From Ignavibacteria bacterium (lineage in GTDB: Bacteria; Bacteroidota; Ignavibacteria; Tepidaquicellales; Tepidaquicellaceae), in the NCBI GenBank assembly GCA_026417495.1, contig JAOADD010000017.1:17911-81910 (forward strand): a stretch of 64,000 nucleotides of DNA, written 5' to 3'. This document shows positions 30,611 to 40,058 of this stretch, piece by piece; position 1 is the first letter of the stretch; the number at the start of each line of letters is the position of its first letter. Position numbers and translations under genes: made by a program. The notes under the pieces are model-generated. The model was not told the DNA's origin. It was given only the letters and a program-made list of their open reading frames with translations, and did no database searches.

Positions 30611-31429
30611 TTATGGTAATTTCGCTTTAAATTGTTGATACTCTTCAAAAAATATACCTTTAGTTGAATCCGCGTTCAATTTTAATTCTTTCAATTGAAT
30701 ATAAACATTTTCTACTCTATCTGCCGCAAGTGGATGTGTCGATAATATTCTTTCAAGTGCTCCTGGTACTTCACCTTTTCTTTTTTGTTCATCATATATT
30801 TTCTGGAAGAAAAACTTTATTGCTCCTGGAAAGTATTTTGTAGTTGCTAAATAACGAATTGAATAATTATCTGCTTCTTTTTCATCAGCACGGCTATTAG
30901 CTAAAAAACCTATTCCAACAAACAAATTCGCCATTATTTCAGCAAGAGTACTTGGATTGTTTCCTAAAATAATACTTGTAATAATACTCACACCATAATA
31001 TGAAGTTAATCTTTGTGTCATATGTCGTTTTTCTGCATGAGCTATTTCATGCGCTAAAACACCAGCTAAGGTTGCTTCATTATCAATAAATTTCATTAAT
31101 CCTGTATATACATAAATAAAACCTCCAGGGGTACAGAAAGCATTAATTATAGTGTCATTAATCACCTGAAACTCATATGGGAATATATTTTTATATTGTA
31201 TTTTAGGAGAGTTATTTATGATATATTTTCCTATTGTAGAAACATAGCCAGTTATGTCTGGCCTATTTCTTAAAAGTGGGAATTCACCTGGTCTTGATTT
31301 TATTTCTTGATCAATATCCTGTCCAAATTTCACATCATCTTCAAGACTGAATATATTTGCACCACAACTATAAATTATACTAACTGCTATAAGAAGCAGT
31401 GAAACAAATATTAAATAAATTTTCTTCAT
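30611..31429 (-). CDS. M48 family zinc metallopeptidase lipoprotein
   Basis: Lipobox IIYSCG and zinc motif LAHEIAHAEKRH. Confidence 0.85.
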   Translation of the reverse strand: MKKIYLIFVSLLLIAVSIIYSCGANIFSLEDDVKFGQDIDQEIKSRPGEFPLLRNRPDITGYVSTIGKYIINNSPKIQYKNIFPYEFQVINDTIINAFCTPGGFIYVYTGLMKFIDNEATLAGVLAHEIAHAEKRHMTQRLTSYYGVSIITSIILGNNPSTLAEIMANLFVGIGFLANSRADEKEADNYSIRYLATTKYFPGAIKFFFQKIYDEQKRKGEVPGALERILSTHPLAADRVENVYIQLKELKLNADSTKGIFFEEYQQFKAKLP

Positions 31430-31780
31430 AAGAAATAATTTTTAAAATATAAAAATATTTTTTAAGTATAACAATATAAATTTATAAAGTTTTTAATTTT
31501 CTTGTTCCAATAGTAAAAAATATCTCCAATAATTACTCAATCTTTTATCTCATCTCTTTTTTCAGAATACTATTTATAAATTTTAAAGACAAATAATTTT
31601 TTTTTCAAAATAATATTTTACACAAAAATTTTTACACAATAAACTATCCTATTCCATTTATTATACAAATAGATTTAAAAACTGGTTCCTAAAATAAAAA
31701 ATGTATTATGATTTGTTTGATGTGAATTATACTTCCTATTATTAGTTGATAGGTAATAATATTTTAAAAAAGTAAAATTT

Positions 31781-32494
31781 TCATTTCTTGAAATATGAGA
31801 GGAATCTTTCTGGTAAAAATAAAATCATAGCTTCAGTTATCAATAAATTTGTACATAAGAAAAAAATTATTTCTTCCAATGGTACATTGTATACAAGAGT
31901 GCCTATAGTTTGTTCAGGATCAAAGTCCCAAATACCATGTCCAATTGATATAGAATCACAAAGTGAGAAATATAATGTCATAATTATAGCGGGGAAAAAG
32001 ATAAAATTTTTATATTTAAAAATCTTTTTTCTACCAAATAAATATTGTATGAAAATAAAAAATCCAGCCCATGTTAATAAATGGAAAAGGTAATTAAATT
32101 TTCCAAAAGGTAGTTTTATTACCTCTAACATAAATAGAAAAATCATTGGTAAAGAAAAAAATGATATCTTACTCGATTCACCATTTTTTACTTTCCTATA
32201 AAACTTCATATATAAAAGTTGAAACAAACCTGTTGTATAAGTTTGAAGAAAGAAAAACATATATTCTTCAATAGGTACATAAAACAATTTAATGTGGAGT
32301 GTTTTTTCTTCTGGAAAAAACCAAATACCACTATATACTGCATAATTATCCCATAATGAAGTAGCTGAAAATGCTATAAAAGAGACAAATAAAAGAACTT
32401 TAATATAATCCCAAGTAAATGTCTTCCACAAAGTAATAATCAAAAGTAATGATGGTACAATAGTGAATACTAATAAAAATGATAAATAAGTCAT
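31781..32494 (-). CDS. lycopene cyclase domain protein (fused CrtYc/CrtYd-type)
   Basis: About 7 TM helices with two copies of the lycopene-cyclase-domain motif PxEE: YVPIEEYMFFFLQ and NVPLEEIIFFLCT. Confidence 0.6.
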   Translation of the reverse strand: MTYLSFLLVFTIVPSLLLIITLWKTFTWDYIKVLLFVSFIAFSATSLWDNYAVYSGIWFFPEEKTLHIKLFYVPIEEYMFFFLQTYTTGLFQLLYMKFYRKVKNGESSKISFFSLPMIFLFMLEVIKLPFGKFNYLFHLLTWAGFFIFIQYLFGRKKIFKYKNFIFFPAIIMTLYFSLCDSISIGHGIWDFDPEQTIGTLVYNVPLEEIIFFLCTNLLITEAMILFLPERFLSYFKK

Positions 32495-32615
32495 ATTGAT
32501 AATTAGATAAATTAGTTCTATTGGAAATACATTTCAATTTAAAAAGAGCAATTTATTTAAATTGAAGATTCCTAATAAAATGGGTAAATTGTAAATTTAA
32601 TATCTAACTAAAAAT

Positions 32616-33581
32616 ATGGATGAAAAGGTAATTGAAAAAATCATAGTAATAGCTCTTGGTGGAAATGCTCTCTTAGACTCAAAATCGAAAGGAACAATAG
32701 AAGAAAGAGAAGCAGCTGCAGAGCAAACAGCAAAACAACTCGTTGATATTATTGATAGTGAATACAACATTATTTTAACTCATGGTAATGGCCCACAAGT
32801 TGGGAATGTATTAATACAAAATGAAGAAGCAGCGGACAAGGTCCCTCCACTTCCTCTTGATGTATGCGTTGCTGAAACTCAAGGCGAAATCGGATATATA
32901 TTACAAAAAGCTATAAAGAATGAATTAGATGCTCGTAATATCAAGAAAAATGTTGTTACGATATTAACTGAAGTTGTTGTAAATGAAAATGACCCTGCAT
33001 TTAGTAATTATACAAAACCCGTAGGACCTTATTATACCAAAGAACAAAAGAATGAAATATTAAGGAAAAAGAAAAACTGGCATTTCATTGCTGACCCATC
33101 TGGTCATGGGTTCCGAAGGGTAGTTCCATCACCAAAACCTATAAGAATACTACAGGATAAAATTATAAAAAAAATTGCTACTAATGAAAATATCATTATT
33201 GCAGTAGGTGGTGGAGGAATTCCAGTATATTTTAATAATGAGAAAAATAGATATGAAGGGCTAGAAGCCGTTATAGACAAGGATCTTGCATCAGCAAGAC
33301 TTGCAATTGATATTAATGCCGAAAAATTTATAATTCTAACTAATGTTGAATATTGTTATCTTAATTTTAATAAACCTAATCAGGTAATATTAAGAGAAAT
33401 GAATTATGACGAAGCTACAACTTATTTAGATCAGGGTCAGTTTTCAGCAGGTAGTATGGGTCCCAAAGTTCAAGCAGCACTTGAATACGCAATAGCTACA
33501 TTTAGAGAAGCTGTTATCTCTAAATTGGAAAAACTGCAAGATGCAATCACAGGAAAAACTGGAACAAGAATTCATTTATAA
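32616..33581 (+). CDS. arcC: carbamate kinase
   Basis: VIALGGNALL, THGNGPQVG and the C-terminal GSMGPKV are typical of carbamate kinase. Confidence 0.9.
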   Translation: MDEKVIEKIIVIALGGNALLDSKSKGTIEEREAAAEQTAKQLVDIIDSEYNIILTHGNGPQVGNVLIQNEEAADKVPPLPLDVCVAETQGEIGYILQKAIKNELDARNIKKNVVTILTEVVVNENDPAFSNYTKPVGPYYTKEQKNEILRKKKNWHFIADPSGHGFRRVVPSPKPIRILQDKIIKKIATNENIIIAVGGGGIPVYFNNEKNRYEGLEAVIDKDLASARLAIDINAEKFIILTNVEYCYLNFNKPNQVILREMNYDEATTYLDQGQFSAGSMGPKVQAALEYAIATFREAVISKLEKLQDAITGKTGTRIHL

Positions 33582-33597
33582 ATAAAAAAAATATTTT

Positions 33598-34521
33598 ATG
33601 AATAAACTAAGACATAAAGACTTAATTTCAATCAATTATCTTACCACAGAAGAGATTGAACTAATCTTAAATGAAGCTGAGACTCTAAAAAAAGGACCTC
33701 GCAATACAGATTATCTCAAGGGTAAGACTTTAGCGATGATTTTTGAAAAATCATCAACTAGAACAAGGGTCTCTTTTCAGGTTGGGATGTATCAACTTGG
33801 TGGATATGCGATGTTTTTTTCTGCAAATGATTTACAAATTGGTAGAGGTGAAACGATTCACGATACTGCAAAGGTACTTTCAAGATATGTTGATGGTATA
33901 ATGGCAAGAACATTCAAATATCAAACAATACTTGATCTTGCCAAGTATGCAACAGTACCTGTAATTAATGGTTTAACAGATTACGATCATCCCTGTCAAG
34001 CTTTGTCAGATTTGTTTACAATTTATGAAAAGAAGGGGAAATTAAAAGGTTTAACTCTAGCGTATATTGGTGATGGTAATAATGTTCTTCATTCATTAAT
34101 TCAAGCATGCGTGAGAGTAGGAATGAATATAAATTATGCTTCTCCCATTGGATATAAACCATCAGAAGAAGTGGTTAAAGAATCAATTGAAGTAGCAAAA
34201 AATACAGGTTCAAAAGTAAACGAATATAATGACGCTATTTCTGCAATTAAAGATGCTGACATTATTTATACAGATGTATGGATAAGTATGGGACAAGAAT
34301 CAGAAAAAGAGAAGCGCAAAAGAGATTTACTTGCTTTTCAATTAAATTCTGAATTAATGAAAAAAGCAAAATCAGATGTTTTAGTAATGCATTGCTTACC
34401 AGCACACAGAGGTGAAGAAATAACCGATGAAGTTATGGATGGTCCAAATTCAATAGTATTCGATCAAGCTGAAAACCGAATGCATACACAAAAAGCGATT
34501 TTAAAATTATTAATGTCATAA
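33598..34521 (+). CDS. argF: ornithine carbamoyltransferase
   Basis: SSTRTRVSF, HPCQALSD, DVWISMG and HCLPAHRGEE. Confidence 0.9.
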   Translation: MNKLRHKDLISINYLTTEEIELILNEAETLKKGPRNTDYLKGKTLAMIFEKSSTRTRVSFQVGMYQLGGYAMFFSANDLQIGRGETIHDTAKVLSRYVDGIMARTFKYQTILDLAKYATVPVINGLTDYDHPCQALSDLFTIYEKKGKLKGLTLAYIGDGNNVLHSLIQACVRVGMNINYASPIGYKPSEEVVKESIEVAKNTGSKVNEYNDAISAIKDADIIYTDVWISMGQESEKEKRKRDLLAFQLNSELMKKAKSDVLVMHCLPAHRGEEITDEVMDGPNSIVFDQAENRMHTQKAILKLLMS

Positions 34522-34525
34522 CTCT

Positions 34526-35602
34526 ATGTCCAAAAAAATAACAAATTTTTCAAAACTTACTTGGGAAAAATTTTACAAACTCCCGCTAAGCGAAAAAAGT
34601 GATTTTTTTATTAAAGACAATGTTCTTTTCGATGTTATATACTCGCAACAATTTTCAAAATCACTTTTAGAAAACTTATTTACTATCGCAAGTAAAATTA
34701 GATCTGTTGCAAAAAGTAAAGGAGGTCATGATTGGTTACAAACCCTGCTATCTCATAAAAGAGCAATGCTTTATTTCATTCAACCATCAACAAGAACCTT
34801 TCTTTCTTTCCAAAGTGCTTGCTACATTCTTGGTATGAAGGTTAGTGAGATACGCTCTACATCAACATCATCTGAAATCAAAGGAGAGTCACCAGAAGAT
34901 ACAATCAGGACTTTCAGTTCTTACGCAGACTTAATTATTATGAGACACTTTGAGCCTGGAATGGCAGAAAAAGCTGCTTGGATTCTGAATCAAACACCAC
35001 GCCCAGTTAGAATTATTAATGGTGGGTCAGGAAAAGATCAGCATCCAACTCAAGCCTTATTGGATATGTATACATTACATTTATCTTTCCAAAGAAGAGG
35101 TGGAATTGACAATAAGACTATTATGATGGTTGGTGATTTAAAAAGAGGTCGAACAGTTCGCTCACTTTCATACTTACTTCGCCATTATAAAAATGTTAAC
35201 ATAATCTATGTATCTCCTGAACACTTGAAAATAGAGGATGATATTAAAAGATTCTTGAAAAAGCACAAAATTCCATTTATAGAAACCGATAGCATTGAAA
35301 AATATATTAACGAAGCTGATGCTGTTTATATGACTAGGATACAAGATGAATATGATATTAATAAAGAGTCTTTAGATATAGATTATACTAAATTTCACTT
35401 GACAAAAAAGCTTGTAAAACAAATGAAAAAAGATGCAATTATAATGCACCCTCTACCAAGAAGAAAGGAAATTGATATTGAAATAGATAAGGATAAAAGA
35501 GCAATGTACTGGAGACAAGAGAGAAATGGTATGTGGATTAGATCTGCACTTATAGCATACATGTTCTCAATTGAAAATGAAATTTTAAAATATCAAAACT
35601 AA
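34526..35602 (+). CDS. pyrB: aspartate carbamoyltransferase-like catalytic chain with N-terminal extension
   Basis: ATCase motifs PSTRTFLSF, IKGES, MRH, DQHPTQALLD, VGDLKRGRTVRS, MTRIQ and HPLPR. It is about 35 aa longer at the N-terminus than E. coli PyrB. Confidence 0.68.
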   Translation: MSKKITNFSKLTWEKFYKLPLSEKSDFFIKDNVLFDVIYSQQFSKSLLENLFTIASKIRSVAKSKGGHDWLQTLLSHKRAMLYFIQPSTRTFLSFQSACYILGMKVSEIRSTSTSSEIKGESPEDTIRTFSSYADLIIMRHFEPGMAEKAAWILNQTPRPVRIINGGSGKDQHPTQALLDMYTLHLSFQRRGGIDNKTIMMVGDLKRGRTVRSLSYLLRHYKNVNIIYVSPEHLKIEDDIKRFLKKHKIPFIETDSIEKYINEADAVYMTRIQDEYDINKESLDIDYTKFHLTKKLVKQMKKDAIIMHPLPRRKEIDIEIDKDKRAMYWRQERNGMWIRSALIAYMFSIENEILKYQN

Positions 35603-35609
35603 AATTATT

Positions 35610-36542
35610 ATGTCAAAAATCGCTTTTGTATTTCCTGGACAAGGTTCCCAAATGGTAGGTATGGGAAAAGACTTATATGAAAACCTGGATATTGCAAAAG
35701 ATTTATATAATATCGCTGATGAAATAATGGGGTTGAAACTCTCGGAAATATCCTTTAATGGACCTGCAGAAGAACTAAAACAAACCAATATTACTCAACC
35801 TGCTTTATACGTTCATTCGTATATACTAACAAAGTTAATAGATGAAAAAATCACAGCCGATTGCACAGCGGGACATTCACTCGGAGAATATACAGCAAAT
35901 GCCTATGCAGGTACTTTTAGTTTTGAAGATGGACTGCGAATTGTAAAAACAAGGGGTATATTGATGAAAAATTCTGGTTTAATAGCACAAGGGACTATGG
36001 CTGCTTTAATTGGACTCTCTCAAGAGCAAGTATTGGAAATTTGTGAAAAAGCTTCCTCTGTAGGTATTGTTCAAGCTGCAAATTTTAATTGTCCAGGACA
36101 AATTGTAATTTCTGGAGCTGTTAATGCAGTTGAAGAAGCAATGAGAATTGCCAAAGAGCAACCATATAATTGCAAAATAGCAAAAAGATTAGAAGTAAGT
36201 GGTGCTTTTCACTCTGAACTTATGCGAACTGCAGATAACGATTTTCGTACTGCACTAGATAATCTGGTATTAAATAAACCCAGAATTCCAATATATACAA
36301 ACACAACCGCAGAACCAATACAAGATTCTGAAAATATCAGAACAGCTTTAAAGCAGCAGTTAACTTCTCCTGTACTTTGGGAATTATCAGTTAAAAATAT
36401 GATTAGAGATGGTGTAACAAAATTCTATGAAATTGGTTCAGGAAAAGTACTATCAGGATTAATTAAAAAAATATCACCCGAAATAGAAACTATAAACATA
36501 TCGACATTAGAAGATTTAAAAAACTTAGGATTAATTAATTAA
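35610..36542 (+). CDS. fabD: malonyl CoA-ACP transacylase
   Basis: FPGQGSQ and the GHSLGEY active-site motif. Confidence 0.92.
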   Translation: MSKIAFVFPGQGSQMVGMGKDLYENLDIAKDLYNIADEIMGLKLSEISFNGPAEELKQTNITQPALYVHSYILTKLIDEKITADCTAGHSLGEYTANAYAGTFSFEDGLRIVKTRGILMKNSGLIAQGTMAALIGLSQEQVLEICEKASSVGIVQAANFNCPGQIVISGAVNAVEEAMRIAKEQPYNCKIAKRLEVSGAFHSELMRTADNDFRTALDNLVLNKPRIPIYTNTTAEPIQDSENIRTALKQQLTSPVLWELSVKNMIRDGVTKFYEIGSGKVLSGLIKKISPEIETINISTLEDLKNLGLIN

Positions 36543-37147
36543 TGATACCTGATTCACCAAGATATAATATTGAAAATTTAAAAATTGATGAAATAATATT
36601 CACGCAAGGGTTTGTTCCCTCATGCAACATAAAAATTTGTAAGGGTGAATGTTGCAATCTTGGAGTCTATCTTGATTTAGAATTCAGAGATAAAATTTTA
36701 AATTACTCTGATGTTATAATCAAAGTAATGAATGATGCTCAAGTAAAAGATGTAAAGTTGTGGTTTGATGGTGAAATAATAGAAGATACAGACTTTACAT
36801 CTGGTTTAGCTATAGGAACAAACCTTTATAAAACTCCTAAAGGTTATGAGCAATGTGTATTTAAAGATTTAAACAATTTTTGTTCCTTACAAATAGCAGC
36901 AGAGGAGATTGGACTTCATAAGTGGGACTTAAAACCTACCTTTTGTATACTATACCCTTTAACAATTGACCATTCAGTCCTTACTTATGATGATGATCAT
37001 TCCTCAACTCTTTCATACTGTGGTAAAACAAAATTTGAAAATTTTACACAAACAGTATATAACGCTTTAAAAGAAGAAATCTCTTATGTTTTTGGAGATA
37101 ATGCACTTGACTATCTAAATAAATATTTAAAAAATAAACAACAATAA
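36542..37147 (+). CDS. Cys-rich hypothetical protein (DUF3109/YkgJ-like metal-cluster motif)
   Basis: The start overlaps the fabD stop (TAATG). The motif C-x4-C-KGE-CC (SCNIKICKGECC) is followed by four more conserved-looking Cys. Confidence 0.5.
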   Translation: MIPDSPRYNIENLKIDEIIFTQGFVPSCNIKICKGECCNLGVYLDLEFRDKILNYSDVIIKVMNDAQVKDVKLWFDGEIIEDTDFTSGLAIGTNLYKTPKGYEQCVFKDLNNFCSLQIAAEEIGLHKWDLKPTFCILYPLTIDHSVLTYDDDHSSTLSYCGKTKFENFTQTVYNALKEEISYVFGDNALDYLNKYLKNKQQ

Positions 37148-37150
37148 CTT

Positions 37151-37900
37151 ATGGAAAAACTCTTGGAAAACAAAATCGCTGTAATTACGGGTGGAGGTAG
37201 AGGCATAGGTAGGGCAATTGCAAAATTATTTATTGATTATGGAGCAAAAGTAATTGTGCTGGACAAAGTATTTCCTGAAGATTTCAACCTATTTGTTAAC
37301 GAAATAAAAAATTCTGGTTGTGTAATAGATTATAAAGTACTTGATATAACAAATTTAGAGATGACACAAAAAATATTTGAAGAAATAATCTCTCAATATA
37401 ATAGGATTGATATACTTGTTAACAACGCTGGTATTACACGTGATAAATTATTATTAAGGATGCTTGAAGAAGATTGGGATGCAGTACTTAATGTGAATTT
37501 AAAAGGTGCTTTCAATACTACCAGAACAGCGGTTAAATATATGGCATCGCAAAAATATGGAAAAATAATTAATATATCTTCTGTTGTTGGTTTAATGGGC
37601 AATGCGGGACAATCAAACTATTCAGCTTCTAAAGCAGGTTTGATAGGATTTACCAAGTCAATAGCGAAAGAATTTGCATCTAGAAATATTAATGTTAATG
37701 CAGTTGCTCCTGGATATGTAGAAACAGAAATGACTCAACATTTAACTGAAGAACAAAAGAAAGCATTTTTAAATATCATACCAATGAAGAGAGGTTGCAA
37801 ACCAGAAGAAGTCGCAGAAGTCGTAGCATTTTTAGCATCAGATAAATCTTCATATATTACAGGACAAGTGATTACTGTTGATGGTGGTATGGTAATGTAA
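37151..37900 (+). CDS. fabG: 3-oxoacyl-ACP reductase
   Basis: TGGGRGIGRAIA, NNAG, YSASKAG and the C-terminal GQVITVDGGM. Confidence 0.9.
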   Translation: MEKLLENKIAVITGGGRGIGRAIAKLFIDYGAKVIVLDKVFPEDFNLFVNEIKNSGCVIDYKVLDITNLEMTQKIFEEIISQYNRIDILVNNAGITRDKLLLRMLEEDWDAVLNVNLKGAFNTTRTAVKYMASQKYGKIINISSVVGLMGNAGQSNYSASKAGLIGFTKSIAKEFASRNINVNAVAPGYVETEMTQHLTEEQKKAFLNIIPMKRGCKPEEVAEVVAFLASDKSSYITGQVITVDGGMVM

Positions 37901-37912
37901 AATTGAATTTTT

Positions 37913-38626
37913 ATGAAGAAAAAAATCGTTTGGGTCACTGGTGCTTCCACAGGCATAGGAAGAGAAATAGCGAAAAAATTTGCAAAAGAAGATTGTATTG
38001 TAGTTGTTAGTGGAAGAAGAAAATCAAGGTTAGTATCTCTGGTTAGTGAAATAAAATTTGCAGGTAAAGAAGCATATGCTTTTGTCTCGGATGTTTCTTC
38101 GGAAAGGAGTGTTCAACATATTTATAAAAAAATTAAAGAACATTGTGGTTATGTTGATGTGCTTATAAACAATGCTGGTGTAACCGTTTTTAAATCATTT
38201 ATCGATTCAAAGATTTATGATTATGACTATATTATGGATATAAATACACGAGGTACATTTTTATGCACAAAAATTGTTCTCCCTCAAATGATAAAAAACA
38301 GAAGTGGACACATTATTAATATAATTTCGGTTGCTGCAAATACAGTTTTTGAAAATAGTGCTATTTACTCTGCTTCAAAAGCAGCAGTAGTTGCAATGAC
38401 AAATGTTTTAAGAAAAGAAGTGAGAAAATATAATATCAAAATTACGAACATCTATCCTGGTGCTGTTGATACCCCAATATGGGATACAAAGACGAGATTA
38501 AAATATAAGAAAAGAATGATGCAACCAAAAGATGTGGCTGAAATAGTATATGATGCATTTTGTAAATCAGGAAAAAATATGATTGAAGAAATATATATAA
38601 GACCACAAAAAGGTGACCTTGTTTAA
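37913..38626 (+). CDS. SDR family oxidoreductase
   Basis: TGASTGIGREIA, NNAG and YSASKAA. Confidence 0.85.
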   Translation: MKKKIVWVTGASTGIGREIAKKFAKEDCIVVVSGRRKSRLVSLVSEIKFAGKEAYAFVSDVSSERSVQHIYKKIKEHCGYVDVLINNAGVTVFKSFIDSKIYDYDYIMDINTRGTFLCTKIVLPQMIKNRSGHIINIISVAANTVFENSAIYSASKAAVVAMTNVLRKEVRKYNIKITNIYPGAVDTPIWDTKTRLKYKKRMMQPKDVAEIVYDAFCKSGKNMIEEIYIRPQKGDLV

Positions 38627-38641
38627 ATAAATTGTTATGTT

Positions 38642-39565
38642 GTGGAAATAAATATTTTTCATTGGATTGGTTTTATAGTAATTATTCTTATTTTATTATT
38701 CATTGATTTAGGTGTTTTTAATAGGAGATCCCATGTCTTATCCTACAAAGAAGCCCTCGGGTGGACTGCCTTTTGGATTATTCTTGCTTTAATTTTTAAT
38801 GTATTTGTATATTATTTTTACGGTAAAGACAAAGCTATTGAATATTTTACGGGATATTTAATTGAAAAATCTTTAAGTGTAGATAATATTTTCGTTTTTG
38901 TCCTATTATTTACATACTTTAATGTACCTAAAAAAAATCATCATAGAGTTCTTTTTTGGGGTATTTTAGGAGCAATAATTTTTCGTGGTATTTTGATTGT
39001 AATTGGCACAACCTTGATTTATAAATTCCATTGGATAATATTTATTTTTGGGGGCTTTCTCATTTTATCAGGAATAAAAATGGGATTTCAAAAAGATGAT
39101 AAAGTAGAACCAGAAAAAAACCCAATTGTTAAGTTGCTAAGAAAGTTTCTACCAATTACACCGAGATATGTAAAAAATGCATTCTTTATCAAATCAAAAG
39201 GAAAATTATATGCTACTCCCCTATTGATTGTCCTCGTAGTAATTGAAACAACTGACATTGTTTTTGCATTTGACTCTATACCTGCAATTCTTGCAATTAC
39301 TCATGATCCTTTTATAGTTTTTACATCAAATATATTCGCTATACTTGGTTTAAGAGCTTTATACTTTGCGGTTGATAAATTCATTGATAAATTCAGATAC
39401 CTGAAATATGGATTGTCAGTAATACTTGTTTATATAGGTATTAAAATGTTAATCTCGGAAATATACAAAATTCCAACTTTAATTTCACTTGGAGTTCTTG
39501 TAATAATTCTAACAATATCTGTAATGGCATCAATATTTATTAAACCTAAAACTGCAAATATTTGA
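38642..39565 (+). CDS. TerC family integral membrane protein
   Basis: GTG start; TerC motif EKSLSVDNIFVF and a second repeat TDIVFAFDSIPA. Confidence 0.85.
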   Translation: MEINIFHWIGFIVIILILLFIDLGVFNRRSHVLSYKEALGWTAFWIILALIFNVFVYYFYGKDKAIEYFTGYLIEKSLSVDNIFVFVLLFTYFNVPKKNHHRVLFWGILGAIIFRGILIVIGTTLIYKFHWIIFIFGGFLILSGIKMGFQKDDKVEPEKNPIVKLLRKFLPITPRYVKNAFFIKSKGKLYATPLLIVLVVIETTDIVFAFDSIPAILAITHDPFIVFTSNIFAILGLRALYFAVDKFIDKFRYLKYGLSVILVYIGIKMLISEIYKIPTLISLGVLVIILTISVMASIFIKPKTANI

Positions 39566-39625
39566 AATTCAATTTAAATTGTAAATAATTTTTTATTTAT
39601 ATAATTTGATTAAAATAAATTTCTT

Positions 39626-40036
39626 ATGCAAGAAATAGATAGCAAGAAAATTAAACCTTACGAACAAAAAGATTGGATTCGAGAGAATATCAATTATTAT
39701 AAAGATGAAGGTAGTTATGCATGGATATTTCACAGAATTAGTGGTATTGTTTTAATTTTGTATTTATTTTTGCACATCTGGTCAATAAGTCCATTAACAG
39801 AGGGAAAAGCTGCATTTGAGAAAAAAATGGCTATGTATTCAGGAACATTATTTACTTTTATAGAATGGTTCCTGTTTGCATTTGTACTTTTCCATGCTCT
39901 TAATGGTATTAGAATTATATTAATAGATTGGGCTGAAGGTGCAAGATATCATAAACAACTTTTCTATTACACTGTAATTATAGGGGTTATTATGTTTATT
40001 GTTATGGGAGCACTTATGATATCATACGTAATATAA
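39626..40036 (+). CDS. sdhC: succinate dehydrogenase/fumarate reductase cytochrome b subunit
   Basis: 3 TM helices; HRISGIVLILYLFLH and FHALNGIRI histidine motifs. Confidence 0.7.
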   Translation: MQEIDSKKIKPYEQKDWIRENINYYKDEGSYAWIFHRISGIVLILYLFLHIWSISPLTEGKAAFEKKMAMYSGTLFTFIEWFLFAFVLFHALNGIRIILIDWAEGARYHKQLFYYTVIIGVIMFIVMGALMISYVI

Positions 40037-40058
40037 TTAAATAAGCAAATTATTAGCT

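Noticed and set aside
38627-38641. Possible yybP-ykoY (Mn) riboswitch upstream of the TerC-family gene
   Set aside because: Only 15 nt separate it from the preceding SDR gene, which is too short for a riboswitch.
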